Assembly: GCA_963422645.2 (NCBI GenBank)
Contig: CAXXVO010000008.1
Location: 64,001 to 128,000, forward strand
Direction: 5' to 3'
From: Alphaproteobacteria bacterium
GTDB taxonomy: Bacteria; Pseudomonadota; Alphaproteobacteria; UBA828
DNA length: 64,000 nucleotides
Shown: positions 1 to 11,071 of the stretch, in pieces
Numbering within the stretch: position 1 is the stretch's first letter
Layout: the number at the start of each line of letters is the position of its first letter
The notes under the pieces: model-generated
The model's database searches: none
Seen by the model: the letters and a program-made list of their open reading frames with translations, nothing else
Told to the model about the DNA's origin: nothing
Made by a program: the position numbers and the translations under genes

Positions 1-1241
1 CCAAGCACTTCGTCTCGCGCGAGAAGCTGTGCCTGCCGGCGAGCGCCAGCTACTGGATCAACGCTCTGGGCGGCAAGCCGCTGCTCTGTCTGCACAAGCC
101 GCTGGACCCGAAGATGGTCGCGGCCATCGAAGCCGACGTGGTGCCGGCGCTGCAGGAGCTTGGGATCGTTGGCGCCGGGGCGCCGGACCTGACCGCCGAG
201 CATCCCGGCCAGCCGGCGCTCACCCTGGTCTTCGACCGCGAGGGCTGGAGCCCGGATCTGTTCCGCCGGCTGGCGAGGCGCGGCGTCGCCTGCCTGACCT
301 GGCACAAGAACTTCAGGGGCGAGGACTGGCCGGCCGAGGACTTCGGCGCGATGACCGTTCCCATTCACGGACCGGCGGCGGACGGCAGCGCCACCATGCG
401 GCTGGCTGAGAAGCCGGTGACGTTGCCGAACGGCTTCAGGGTGCGCCAGATCCGCCGCCTGCTCGACAACGGCCGTCAGGTGCCGCTGATCACCACCGAT
501 CCGCACAAGCCGATGGCTGAGGTTGCGGGCGCCATGTTCTCGCGCTGGTCGCAGGAGAACTTCTTCAAGTACATGCGTGACGAGTTCAATCTCGACGCCC
601 TGCCGACCCACGAGCTCGAGCCTCTCGATCCCGCCGCCATGGTCGTCAACCCGCTGCGGCGGGCCTATGACAAGGCAATCCATCGCCTCGACCGCCAGCT
701 TGGCCGCCTGCGCAACCGCATCGCCGACACGGCCCGGAAGAAGCAGCCGACGGCGGAACTCAGGAGGGAAGTCAGGGACCTCCAGGATGTCCGCGACATC
801 GTCAGGGCCAGCCGCAGGGAGACGCCCAAGCACTGCCGGGCCGGCGACCTCGACGAAGCCGAGCAGCTCGATGCCTTGCCCGCGCGCGAGCGCCTCCTCC
901 TCGACGTCATCCGGATGATCGCCTACCGCGCCGAAACCCGCATGATGCTTCCCGTCATGCAGGCGCAGGGCCACAAGCCCCATCCCCGGAAACTGCTTCA
1001 AGCGCTGCTCACCGCCGATGCCGACATCCTGCCGGATCCTGGCAATGGCCTCCTGCGGGTCCACATTCTTGGCCTCGCAAACGACGCCTGCGACCGTTGG
1101 ATCGATGCGGTTCTGAGCGACCTGAACGCCACCGAAACGGTCTTCCCCGGCACCCGTCTGCGCATAGTCTACGACATCGACGGGGCCTCGGAATCCGCGC
1201 GGCTCGTGTCACCTAAAATCAGCAGAGGTCAGGAAGTCTGA
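1..1241 (+). mobile_element. Right part of an unclassified IS ending ...GGTCAGGAAGTCTGA
   Basis: Contains the transposase ORF. The end is defined by identity with the copies at 61979-62128, which stops exactly after TCTGA. Confidence 0.65.
3..1241 (+). CDS. Putative DDE transposase of an unclassified (ISNCY-like) IS, 5' part outside the window
   Basis: Frame is open from base 3 (KHFVSREKLCLPASASYWINAL...). Motifs VFDREGWS and MFSRWSQENFFKY (RW.QEN.FK, catalytic E). The stop codon coincides with the apparent element end, and the terminal 75 bp recur at 61979-62128. Confidence 0.75.
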   Translation, partial: KHFVSREKLCLPASASYWINALGGKPLLCLHKPLDPKMVAAIEADVVPALQELGIVGAGAPDLTAEHPGQPALTLVFDREGWSPDLFRRLARRGVACLTWHKNFRGEDWPAEDFGAMTVPIHGPAADGSATMRLAEKPVTLPNGFRVRQIRRLLDNGRQVPLITTDPHKPMAEVAGAMFSRWSQENFFKYMRDEFNLDALPTHELEPLDPAAMVVNPLRRAYDKAIHRLDRQLGRLRNRIADTARKKQPTAELRREVRDLQDVRDIVRASRRETPKHCRAGDLDEAEQLDALPARERLLLDVIRMIAYRAETRMMLPVMQAQGHKPHPRKLLQALLTADADILPDPGNGLLRVHILGLANDACDRWIDAVLSDLNATETVFPGTRLRIVYDIDGASESARLVSPKISRGQEV

Positions 1242-1298
1242 CCCTATAACGAGCGCTCGGAGCTTGCCTACGCGAGGGCCCGGCTCCTGACCGCGTAG
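1242..1298 (+). pseudogene. Probable 3' remnant of a TRAP substrate-binding (DctP/TakP) gene cut off by the IS
   Basis: Reads PYNERSELAYARARLLTA*, resembling TakP-type C-termini (SE.AY..AR). It sits where dctP is expected, upstream of dctQM, and is followed by a hairpin. Confidence 0.4.
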
Positions 1299-1317
1299 TA
1301 CGTCGGCAAGGTGTGCG

Positions 1318-1348
1318 TTCGGGGCGGGCGGTCGTCGCCCGCCCCGAA
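1318..1348. terminator. GC-rich stem-loop (terminator or mRNA-stabilising hairpin)
   Basis: TTCGGGGCGGGCG-GTCGT-CGCCCGCCCCGAA, a perfect 13-bp stem. Confidence 0.5.
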
Positions 1349-1469
1349 TGGCGCCGGCGGGACAGGATTGGCCCTGCGCCACTGCGGGGCATCGGGGAGG
1401 CGGGCATGAGGGTCGCCGCCGCGCTTGAGCGCGGGCCGCCTGAAAGGAGCACAGGCCGGCTGAAATGAG

Positions 1470-2033
1470 ATGCAGGCGTCTCTCTCCGCATTAGCCGCGC
1501 TCACGCGCGCAATAGATGTGGCCAACGAGCACATCGGCCGCGTCGCGTCATGGCTCGCCCTCCTCATGGTGCTTCTCCAGTTCGTCGTCGTGGTGATGCG
1601 CTACATCTTCGGCGTGGGCTTCATCGCGATGCAGGAAGGGATCATCTACCTTCACGCCACCCTCTTCCTGGTCGGCGCAGGCTATACGCTGCTCCACGGC
1701 GGCCACGTCCGGGTCGATATCTTCTATCGCGACGCACGCCCGCGCCTGCGCGCGCTCATCGATCTCCTGGGCGTGATTCTCTTTCTGATGCCGGTCTGCG
1801 TGATCATCGGCTGGGCGAGCTGGCCCTATGTGGAGCAGTCCTGGTCGGTGTTCGAAAAGTCGGCGGAAACCAGTGGCATTCCGGCGATCTACGCGCTCAA
1901 GTCGATGATTCTCGCGTTCGTGGTGCTTATCGCCTTCCAGGGCCTCTCGCTCGCGTTTCACGCGGTGCTGACCCTCGCCGGCCGCCAACAACGCCACGAC
2001 GACATCGCAGAAGCCGGCAGCAAGGCTGCCTGA
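1470..2033 (+). CDS. dctQ: TRAP transporter small permease
   Basis: 4 TM segments, HVRVDIFY motif, adjacent to dctM. Confidence 0.92.
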   Translation: MQASLSALAALTRAIDVANEHIGRVASWLALLMVLLQFVVVVMRYIFGVGFIAMQEGIIYLHATLFLVGAGYTLLHGGHVRVDIFYRDARPRLRALIDLLGVILFLMPVCVIIGWASWPYVEQSWSVFEKSAETSGIPAIYALKSMILAFVVLIAFQGLSLAFHAVLTLAGRQQRHDDIAEAGSKAA

Positions 2034-2039
2034 CCCGCC

Positions 2040-3632
<1,593 letters not shown>

Positions 3633-3642
3633 GGCGCGCGGC

Positions 3643-3775
3643 CCAGAGCGTTTCCATCTTCGACTGAAACGCTCTGGCTATTTGTCGCTCACGGCAGCCG
3701 GCCGGCGCCTGCGCGGGCGCGCCGCAATAGCGGCGGGCCGCGGTCGCGGCCCGCCGCGCGTCCGTCAATGTCGGA
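3643..3775. repeat. Palindromic REP/RIME-like intergenic element between convergent dctM and bioA
   Basis: CCAGAGCGTTTC...GAAACGCTCTGG stem (3643-3677) and GCGGCGGGCCGCG-GT-CGCGGCCCGCCGC stem. Confidence 0.5.
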
Positions 3776-3781
3776 CGCGCT

Positions 3782-5077
3782 CTAACGCTCCCGCGACCAG
3801 GCGGTCACGACGTCGATCAGCGCGTCCGTAAGCCGGGCGAGGTCGCCTTCGTCGATGGTGAGAGCGGGCGTGACGTAGACGATATCGGCGAAGGGGCGGA
3901 CCCAGACGCCGGAGTCCACGAAGCGCTGCTTGAGCCAGTCGATGCGGCTCATGTCGTCGAGCTGGATGACGCCGATCGCGCCCCGCACCCGCACATCGAC
4001 CACACCGGGCAGTCCCCGCGCGGGCGCCAACGCGGCGGCGAGATGGCTCTCGATGGCGCGCACCTGGGCGAGGCGGGGCTCGCTCTCGAAGAGATCGAGA
4101 GAGGCGTTGGCGGCGGCGCAGGCCAGGGGATTGGCCATGAAGGTCGGCCCGTGCATGAGCGCCGCGTCAGGATCGTCCGACAGGAAGGCCTCGAAGACCC
4201 TCTCGCTCGCCACGGTCGCAGCCAGCGCCATGGTGCCGCCGGTGAGCGCCTTGGAAAGCGTGACGATATCCGGCACCACCCCCGCTTGCTCGCAGGCGAA
4301 GAGCGTGCCGGTGCGGCCGAACCCGGTCATGATCTCGTCGGCAATCAGCAACAGGCCGTGCCTGTCGCAGGCTACGCGCAGCGTGCGCAGCACCTCCGGC
4401 GCGTGGAAGCGCATGCCGCCCGCGCCCTGGACCAGCGGCTCGACGATGACCGCCGCCACGTCCCCCCCATTGCGGGCGAGGTAAGCGTCGAAGGTTGCGA
4501 TGCCCGCCTCGTCCCCAGGCAATGGCACGACGTGCTGCTCCGGCAGCGCGCCGGCGAAGAGGCTGTGCATGCCCTCCTCGGGATCGCATACCGACATGGC
4601 GGCGAAGGTGTCGCCGTGATAGGCGCCCTGGAAGCTCACGAAGCGGTGGCGCCCGCGAACCCCCTGGTTGAGCCAGTACTGCAGCGCCATCTTGAGCGCG
4701 ATCTCCACCGCGACCGAGCCTGACTCCGAGAAGAACACCCGGCTGAGTGGATCGGGAAGCATGCCGGCCAAGCGGCGGGCCAGCCGGAGCGCGGGCTCGT
4801 TGGCGAGGCCGCCGAACATGACGTGGGGCATGCGCTCCAGCTGCTCGGCCACGGCGGCGCGGATGTGGGGATGGTTGTAGCCGTGGCAGGCGGTCCACCA
4901 CGACGCGATGCCGTCGATCAGCTCGCGGCCATCGGCGAGGACGATGCGTGTGCCCCTGGTCGCAGCCACGGGCAGCGGCGGCGGCACGCTCGCCATCTGG
5001 GTATAGGGCAGCCAGACGTGGCCGTAGCCCTCGGCCAGCCAGTCGGGCGCTTGCGGCGCGGAGGAGTCGGCAGGCAT
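3782..5077 (-). CDS. bioA: Adenosylmethionine-8-amino-7-oxononanoate aminotransferase
   Basis: VWLPYTQM, DGIASWW, SGSVAVEIALKMA, YHGDT, ADEIMTGFGRTG, SKALTGG, HGPTFMANPL; next to bioB. Confidence 0.95.
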   Translation of the reverse strand: MPADSSAPQAPDWLAEGYGHVWLPYTQMASVPPPLPVAATRGTRIVLADGRELIDGIASWWTACHGYNHPHIRAAVAEQLERMPHVMFGGLANEPALRLARRLAGMLPDPLSRVFFSESGSVAVEIALKMALQYWLNQGVRGRHRFVSFQGAYHGDTFAAMSVCDPEEGMHSLFAGALPEQHVVPLPGDEAGIATFDAYLARNGGDVAAVIVEPLVQGAGGMRFHAPEVLRTLRVACDRHGLLLIADEIMTGFGRTGTLFACEQAGVVPDIVTLSKALTGGTMALAATVASERVFEAFLSDDPDAALMHGPTFMANPLACAAANASLDLFESEPRLAQVRAIESHLAAALAPARGLPGVVDVRVRGAIGVIQLDDMSRIDWLKQRFVDSGVWVRPFADIVYVTPALTIDEGDLARLTDALIDVVTAWSRER

Positions 5078-5119
5078 GCGGCGCGCCGCGGCGTGCGCTG
5101 GGAGCGCCGCCTTCGCGCC

Positions 5120-6115
5120 CTAAGCCGGCATCGGCGCGATGCCGAGGCGGGCGAAGAGCTGGGTGTCGCGTTCGCGCCCGGGGTTGGGCGTCGTGAGCAG
5201 CTCAGGCCCGACGAACACCGAGTTGGCGCCGGCGAGGAAGGCCAGAGCCTGCATCTCGTCCGACATCTGCTCGCGCCCGGCCGAAAGCCGGACCACCGAG
5301 CCCGGCATGGTGATCCGCGCCACCGCCACCGTGCGCACGAACTCGAAGGGATCTAGCGCGTCCATGCCGTTGAGCGGCGTGCCCTCCACCTGCACCAGCA
5401 TGTTGATGGGCACGCTCTCGGGATGGCTCGGCAGGCTCGCGAGCGTCGCGATCATGTCCGCGCGGTCGCGGCGCGATTCGCCCATGCCGACGATGCCGCC
5501 GCAGCAGACGTTGATACCCGCGTCCCGCACATGGCCCAGGGTCTCGAGCCGGTCCTGGTACGTGCGCGTGGTGATGATCTCGCCGTAGAACGATTCGGAG
5601 GTGTCTAGATTGTGGTTGTAGTAGTCGAGGCCGGCATCGGCGAGGCGTTCAGCCTGGGGCTCGCTCAGCATGCCGAGGGTGACGCAGGTCTCCATGCCGA
5701 GCGCCTTGACGCCCGCGACCATCTCGGCCACCGCCTCCAGATCGCGGTCCTTGGGGCTGCGCCAGGCGGCGCCCATGCAGTAGCGGGTGGCGCCGGCTTC
5801 GCGGGCGCGCCGGGCCTCGGCCAGCACCTCGTCGCGGGACATCAGCTTGCCCGCTTCGAGCCCGGTGTCGTAGCGCGCGCTCTGCGGGCAATAGGCGCAG
5901 TCCTCCGGGCAGCCGCCGGTCTTGATGCTGAGCAGCGTCGACATCTGCACCTGGTTCGGGTCGAAGTGGCGGCGATGCGCGGTCTGCGCGCGGAACATCA
6001 GCTCGGCGAAGGGCAGCGCGAGCAATGCCTCGACCTCCGCCGCCGACCAGTCATGCCTGAGCGCGGGCGCAACACTCGGCGGCGCGTCCGCGCCGATCGC
6101 CTCGACAGTTTCCAT
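5120..6115 (-). CDS. bioB: Biotin synthase
   Basis: Radical SAM motif [11 protein letters not shown], plus YNHNLDT, CCGGIVG, ESVPIN and RLSAGR. Confidence 0.97.
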   Translation of the reverse strand: METVEAIGADAPPSVAPALRHDWSAAEVEALLALPFAELMFRAQTAHRRHFDPNQVQMSTLLSIKTGGCPEDCAYCPQSARYDTGLEAGKLMSRDEVLAEARRAREAGATRYCMGAAWRSPKDRDLEAVAEMVAGVKALGMETCVTLGMLSEPQAERLADAGLDYYNHNLDTSESFYGEIITTRTYQDRLETLGHVRDAGINVCCGGIVGMGESRRDRADMIATLASLPSHPESVPINMLVQVEGTPLNGMDALDPFEFVRTVAVARITMPGSVVRLSAGREQMSDEMQALAFLAGANSVFVGPELLTTPNPGRERDTQLFARLGIAPMPA

Positions 6116-6145
6116 GATCGCTCGTCTCCGGCTCTCGCCCGGCGC

Positions 6146-6173
6146 AGGATAGGCCCGCCCGCCGCCGGGTCAA
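6146..6173 (-). promoter_or_regulatory. Putative sigma70 promoter of bioBA
   Basis: TTGACC-N16-TATCCT on the minus strand ~30 bp upstream of bioB. Confidence 0.4.
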
Positions 6174-6250
6174 GGAATCCGGCAGGGATATCGAAGCCGT
6201 GTCTTGAGCACGCGCGGGGCGCCGCGTCGAGCGTCCCGCCTCACATCTGT

Positions 6251-8620
6251 CTACACGCGGTTATCGGAAGCGACCCGGATCGCGCGCCAGACGCGCTCGG
6301 GCGTGAACGGCATTTCCACATGGCGGACGCCGAGGTGCCAGAGCGCATCGAGGATGGCGTTGCCGATCGCGGCCGGCGGCCCGGAGGTGCCGAGCTCGCC
6401 CACGCCCTTGACGCCGAGCGGGTTGGTCTCGGTCAGCGTCACGTGGCCGTCCAGCGTGAAGTCGGGCAGGTCGTCGGCGCGGGGCATCGTGTAGTCCATG
6501 AAGGTACCGGTGAGCAGCTGGCCCGACTCCGGCTCGTAGCGCACGTGTTCCAGCAGCGCCTGGCCGATGCCCTGGGCGGCGGCCCCGTGGCGCTGGCCGT
6601 CCACCACCAGTGGGTTGATCACGAGGCCCGTGTCCTCCACCGAATAGTAGGCGGTGAGCCGCACCGCGCCGGTCTCGGCATCGACGGTGACGGTGGCAAC
6701 GTGGGTGCCGTAGGGATAGTTGAAGTCGTCCGGATCGAAGAACGCCGCCTCTTCCAGCCCGAGCTCGAAGCCATCGGGATAGTCGGCGCCGCGGTAGGCC
6801 ATGTCGGCGATCTCCACGAAGGTCATCCGCCGATCGGTACCGCGCACGGAATAGGCGCCGGCCCCGAATTCGATGTCGTCCACGGCGCATTCCATGAGAT
6901 GCGCGGCGAGGCGGCGGCCCTTGTCGATAACGCGGTCGGAAGCGACGGCGAGCGCCGAGCCCACCACCGTGATCGAGCGCGAGGCCCAGGTGCCGAGGCC
7001 GTGGGGGATCCGGTCCGTATCGCCTTCGACGACGTCGATGTCGACCATGTCGCAGCCGAAGCGGTCCGCGACGATTTGCGCGTAGGTGGTGGCGTGGGAC
7101 TGGCCGTGGCTGTGGCTGCCGCAGAGCACGGTGATCTTGCCGCTGGGGTGGATCCGCACGGTGGCGACGTCCCAGAACCCCATGCGGCTGCCAAGGGCGG
7201 CGGCGAGCCGGCTCGGCCCGGCGCCGCCGGAACGGACGAAGGCCGCCATGCCGATCCCCATCATCTCGCCGTCCTCCCTGAGCCTGGCCTGCTCGGCCCG
7301 CAGCGCGTCGAGATCGGCCAACGAACGGGCCTTCTCGAGCACCGCCGGGAAGTCGCCGACGTCGTAAGTGACCCCGGTCGCGCTCGCATAGGGCATGGCG
7401 GCAGCGGGCACGAGGTTGCGGGCGCGGGCCTCGACCGAATCGCCCGCACGCTCCCGCGCGCCGTTCTCGATCAGGCGCTCGATGACGTAGGTGATCTCGG
7501 GGTTGCCGGCGCCGCGATAGGCATCGATCGGCGTGGTGTTGGTGTAGACGCCGAGCACTCGGCAATGCAGCGCGGGGATCGCATACTGGCCGGAGAACAT
7601 GCTGACGCAGAAGAGCGTCGGGATGCACGCGGCGAACTGGCTCTGATAGGCGCCGAGGTTGGCGATGATGTCGGCCTCGACGGCGGCGATGCGACCGTCG
7701 GAGTCGAAGGCCATGCGCGCCTCGGTGACGTGGTCGCGCGCGTGGATGTCCACCGCAAGCGTCTCGGCACGGGTCGCGGTCCAGCGCACCGGCCGGTCCA
7801 CCAGCCGCGCGGCCCAGGGGAGGCTCGCTTCCTCGGGGTAGTGATAGGTTTTTTGGCCGAAGCCCCCGCCGACATCGGGCGACACCACCCTGATCGCGTG
7901 CTCGGGCGCGCGCAGCGTGTCGCGCGAAAGCCACTGGCGGACCAGATGCGGGTTCTGCGTGGTGGACCAGAGGGTGTAGCGCCCGTCGCCACGGTCGTAC
8001 GCACCGATGGCCGCGCGCGGCTCCATGGCGCTGGGCGCGAGACGGTTGTTGACGAGCTTGAGCGAGGTGACGTGGGCGGCAGCGGCGAAGGCGGCCTCCG
8101 TCGCCTCGGCGTCGCCGAGCCGCCAGTCATAGGCGATGTTGCTACCGAACTCTTCGTGGACCAGCGGCGCATCGGCCTCGACCGACGCCGCCAGGTCGGT
8201 GATCGAGGGGAGCGGCTCCCACGCGACCTCGACTGCGGCCGCGGCGTCGGCGGCCGCGTGCGGGTCTTCGGCGACGACGAGGGCCACCGTATCGCCCACG
8301 TGACGGGCCTCGCCCAAAGCGAACACCGGCCGGCGGGCGAGCGCCATCGGAGTGCCGTCGTGGGAGTTGATGTCCCACAGCACGTCGGTCTCGCCGCCCC
8401 CGTCGCGCCGCCAATCCTCGCCGGTGAGGACGGCCAGCACTCCCGGCATGGCGCGCGCCTGGTCGGTGGCGACCGTCCCGACGCGGGCACGGGCGTGGGG
8501 GCTGCGGACGAAGGCGGCGTAGGCCTCCCCCGGCAGGCGGATGTCGTCCACGAAGCGGCCCTGGCCGGTCAGGAACCGGTCGTCTTCAACGCGCGTGTGC
8601 GCCGCACCGACGTGCGCCAT
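6251..8620 (-). CDS. Xanthine dehydrogenase / form-II CoxL-like molybdenum hydroxylase, large subunit
   Basis: Start reset to ATG 8620 (RBS GGGGAG). Motifs RVEDDRFLTGQGRFVDD, GGGFGQK, AYRGAGNPE, SHGQSHAT, KGVGE. Confidence 0.9.
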   Translation of the reverse strand: MAHVGAAHTRVEDDRFLTGQGRFVDDIRLPGEAYAAFVRSPHARARVGTVATDQARAMPGVLAVLTGEDWRRDGGGETDVLWDINSHDGTPMALARRPVFALGEARHVGDTVALVVAEDPHAAADAAAAVEVAWEPLPSITDLAASVEADAPLVHEEFGSNIAYDWRLGDAEATEAAFAAAAHVTSLKLVNNRLAPSAMEPRAAIGAYDRGDGRYTLWSTTQNPHLVRQWLSRDTLRAPEHAIRVVSPDVGGGFGQKTYHYPEEASLPWAARLVDRPVRWTATRAETLAVDIHARDHVTEARMAFDSDGRIAAVEADIIANLGAYQSQFAACIPTLFCVSMFSGQYAIPALHCRVLGVYTNTTPIDAYRGAGNPEITYVIERLIENGARERAGDSVEARARNLVPAAAMPYASATGVTYDVGDFPAVLEKARSLADLDALRAEQARLREDGEMMGIGMAAFVRSGGAGPSRLAAALGSRMGFWDVATVRIHPSGKITVLCGSHSHGQSHATTYAQIVADRFGCDMVDIDVVEGDTDRIPHGLGTWASRSITVVGSALAVASDRVIDKGRRLAAHLMECAVDDIEFGAGAYSVRGTDRRMTFVEIADMAYRGADYPDGFELGLEEAAFFDPDDFNYPYGTHVATVTVDAETGAVRLTAYYSVEDTGLVINPLVVDGQRHGAAAQGIGQALLEHVRYEPESGQLLTGTFMDYTMPRADDLPDFTLDGHVTLTETNPLGVKGVGELGTSGPPAAIGNAILDALWHLGVRHVEMPFTPERVWRAIRVASDNRV

Positions 8621-8764
8621 GCGTGCTCCCCCTCCACTGCGGCCGCTGCAGACCGCCGCTGGCAGGCTAGTGAGCCGGCGGACGGGCGTCCACCCTCGGT
8701 GCAGGGCGCGTGCTATGGTGAGCGCCAGCGCGGCAGGCCAGCGCGGCTGGACACGGGGGCGACG

Positions 8765-9832
8765 ATGTTGAAGCCGGAAACCGACGTTTTCGTATCGCAG
8801 CTCGACCGGGTGCTGAACGACCACGTGGAGCGGGGCATCGTCGGCGCCTCGCTCGCCCTTGTCCGGCCGGGCGAGGAGGTGCTGACGCTCGCCGCCGGCT
8901 GCGCCGATCGCGCGACGGGAACGCCGCTCGCCCCGGATCACCTGTTCAAGACGGCGAGCACCAAGAAGACCTGGACCGCGGTCGCCGTGCTCGCGCTGGT
9001 GAGCGAAGGGCGCGTGCGGCTGGATCAGACCATCGAAGGGTGGTTCCCGCAGCTGCCGCGCGCGAACGAAATCCGCGTGCGTCATCTGCTCAGTCACCGC
9101 AGCGGCCTGCCCGAATACGAAGCGTTCATGCCGAAGGGCGCGGCGGACGACTGGACGCCGGAGCGGATCATCGACTTCGCGCTCGCCAACGGCACGCAGA
9201 TCGGGCCGGGCGAGGCCTTCATCTATTCCAACCCCGGCTACGTGCTGGCGGGCGAGATCGTCGCCAGCGAGCGGGGCGAGACGCTCTCCCAATGGCTCGG
9301 GCGGGCTGTCTTCGAGCCGGCCGGCATGGGCGAGACCTGGAGCGGCGGGGACGAGGCCTTCCCGCGCGAACGCCTGGCCCGCGCCTACGTCTTCGATTCG
9401 GGTCAGCCCGAGACTCCGCTGGAGGACTCCTCCGACTGGTTCCCCCTATCCGGCATCGGGGCTGCGGGCGATCTGGTGACGACACCGCGCGACCTCGCGC
9501 GCGGCTACCATGCGCTGTTCACGGGGCAGGTGCTGGAGCCCGGCGCCCTCGCCATGCTGCGAGGCCCGCTGCTGCCGGCCGCTTTTCCGGGCACGAACAT
9601 CACCCATTGCGGCCACGGGGTCCTGGTCTCCCGCTTCGGCGACCTCACGATCGAGGGCCACCTCGGCCAGTTGCGCGGCCACGTCACCATGGCCGGCCAT
9701 CACGAGCCGAGCGGGATCACCGCCGTGCTCAGCCAGAACTCGTGCTCAAGCGACCTGGAGGCCTTCGGCGCGGCCGGCATTCACCCAGCTTTCGCCGAGA
9801 TATTCCGCCTGGCCGGGAGCTTAGCCCCCTAG
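8765..9832 (+). CDS. Serine hydrolase, beta-lactamase class C / AmpC-like family
   Basis: ATG 8765; SxxK (ASTKK), [11 protein letters not shown] and HLG motifs. Confidence 0.85.
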   Translation: MLKPETDVFVSQLDRVLNDHVERGIVGASLALVRPGEEVLTLAAGCADRATGTPLAPDHLFKTASTKKTWTAVAVLALVSEGRVRLDQTIEGWFPQLPRANEIRVRHLLSHRSGLPEYEAFMPKGAADDWTPERIIDFALANGTQIGPGEAFIYSNPGYVLAGEIVASERGETLSQWLGRAVFEPAGMGETWSGGDEAFPRERLARAYVFDSGQPETPLEDSSDWFPLSGIGAAGDLVTTPRDLARGYHALFTGQVLEPGALAMLRGPLLPAAFPGTNITHCGHGVLVSRFGDLTIEGHLGQLRGHVTMAGHHEPSGITAVLSQNSCSSDLEAFGAAGIHPAFAEIFRLAGSLAP

Positions 9833-9907
9833 ACGCGCGCGGCCGCCCGCCTGGGCGCGCAGATGCGCTCAGGCGGTGACGGTCCGCCGTCGTCGGTCGG
9901 GACGCGC

Positions 9908-10327
9908 TCAGTCGAGCCCGTCGAGCGCCTTCTGGAAGCGCCCGGCGTGGGACTTCTCGGCCTTCGCCAGGGTCTCGAACCAATCCGCGATCTCGTCGAA
10001 ACCCTCGTCACGGGCGGTGCGTGCCATGCCCGGATACATGTCGGTGTACTCGTGGGTCTCGCCGGCCACCGCAGCCGCCAGATTTTCGCCGGTCTGGCCG
10101 ATCGGCATGCCGGTGGCCGGGTCGCCGGTCTCGGCCAGGTAGTCGAGATGGCCGTGGGCGTGGCCGGTCTCGCCCTCGGCGGTCGAGCGGAAGAGCGCCG
10201 AAACGTCGTTGTGACCCTCCACGTCGGCCTTGCGGGCGAAGTAGAGATAGCGGCGGTTGGCCTGTGACTCGCCGGCGAAGGCGTCCTTGAGGTTTTGCTC
10301 GGTCTTGCTTCCACCCAATGCTGGCAT
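9908..10327 (-). CDS. rbr: Rubrerythrin (short, erythrin-type)
   Basis: [38 protein letters not shown] and EKSHA di-iron motifs. Confidence 0.92.
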   Translation of the reverse strand: MPALGGSKTEQNLKDAFAGESQANRRYLYFARKADVEGHNDVSALFRSTAEGETGHAHGHLDYLAETGDPATGMPIGQTGENLAAAVAGETHEYTDMYPGMARTARDEGFDEIADWFETLAKAEKSHAGRFQKALDGLD

Positions 10328-10410
10328 GGCTTTGTTCCCCCTGACTGATGGTTCGAGATGCTTGGCCGCCGCAGCGCAGGACGCGAGCACGGCCGGTGTG
10401 TTCATTACCC

Positions 10411-10459
10411 TATATGACGCAGCGCAGCGCAGCCGTCAACGGATTGGAATCATTCCAGG
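10411..10459 (-). promoter_or_regulatory. rbr promoter with adjacent Irr-binding ICE-like operator
   Basis: TTGACG-N17-CATATA (10439-10411). ATTGGAATCATTCCAGG at 10443-10459 matches the ICE consensus TTTRGAAYNRTTCYAAA at 14/17 positions. Confidence 0.6.
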
Positions 10460-10911
10460 GTGCGCGCGCGGCGCGGGGCCTTCGAGCCCTCTTCCGCCCC
10501 TTCGCCGGTCACCCGGATGACGACGTCGATGCGCGAGACCCTGGTCCCCGGAGGCGCAGGCGGCAGGTCGCTCACGGAGACGCGATCACCCGGCACGTCG
10601 ACCAGACGGCCGGTCTCCTCCAGGAAGAAATGCTGGTGATGCGTGGTGTTGGTGTCAAAGAAGGAGGGCCCCGCATCCACCACCAGCTCGCGCAGCAGCC
10701 CGGCCTTCGTGAACTGGTGCAGGGTGTTGTAGACCGTGGCGAGGGAGACGCCCGCCTCCTCGCTGAGCACTTCGGCATGAAGCTCGGCGGCGGTGACGTG
10801 GCGGTCCGGCCCGCCGAAAAGCCGGCGAGCGAGCACGATGCGCTGGCGCGTGGGCCGCAATCCGGCCTCGCGCAGGCGCGCCGCAGCGTCGCTGTCAGGC
10901 AGTGTCGTCAT
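10450..10911 (-). CDS. irr: Fur-family iron response regulator Irr
   Basis: LRPTRQR, SLATVYNTLHQF, FFDTNTTHHQHFF; linked to rubrerythrin. Confidence 0.85.
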   Translation of the reverse strand: MTTLPDSDAAARLREAGLRPTRQRIVLARRLFGGPDRHVTAAELHAEVLSEEAGVSLATVYNTLHQFTKAGLLRELVVDAGPSFFDTNTTHHQHFFLEETGRLVDVPGDRVSVSDLPPAPPGTRVSRIDVVIRVTGEGAEEGSKAPRRARTLE

Positions 10912-11071
10912 CTCTATGCCGTACCCTTGATGAGAAGATTCATAGCACAAGTTTGCAGCAAGTGCCGCGCCGCGCCCGATGGGCTACCATGGGGCATCGG
11001 ATCGGGAGGGTCGCCGCAGGCCGGCTTGGCATCGGCACGGCATGCGGTCTTGGCCCCGAGGAGGACGCGCC

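Noticed and set aside
6251-8620. Bona fide aerobic CO dehydrogenase (form I coxL)
   Set aside because: Lacks AYxCSFR and has no coxMS or accessory genes.
5612-8764. 1406-aa ORF 5612-9832 as one giant protein
   Set aside because: The first ~1050 codons are the antisense shadow of bioB and the CoxL-like gene; only 8765-9832 has family motifs.
8621-9292. N-terminal extension of the CoxL-like ORF
   Set aside because: It overlaps the serine hydrolase antisense; the RBS and family start lie at 8620.
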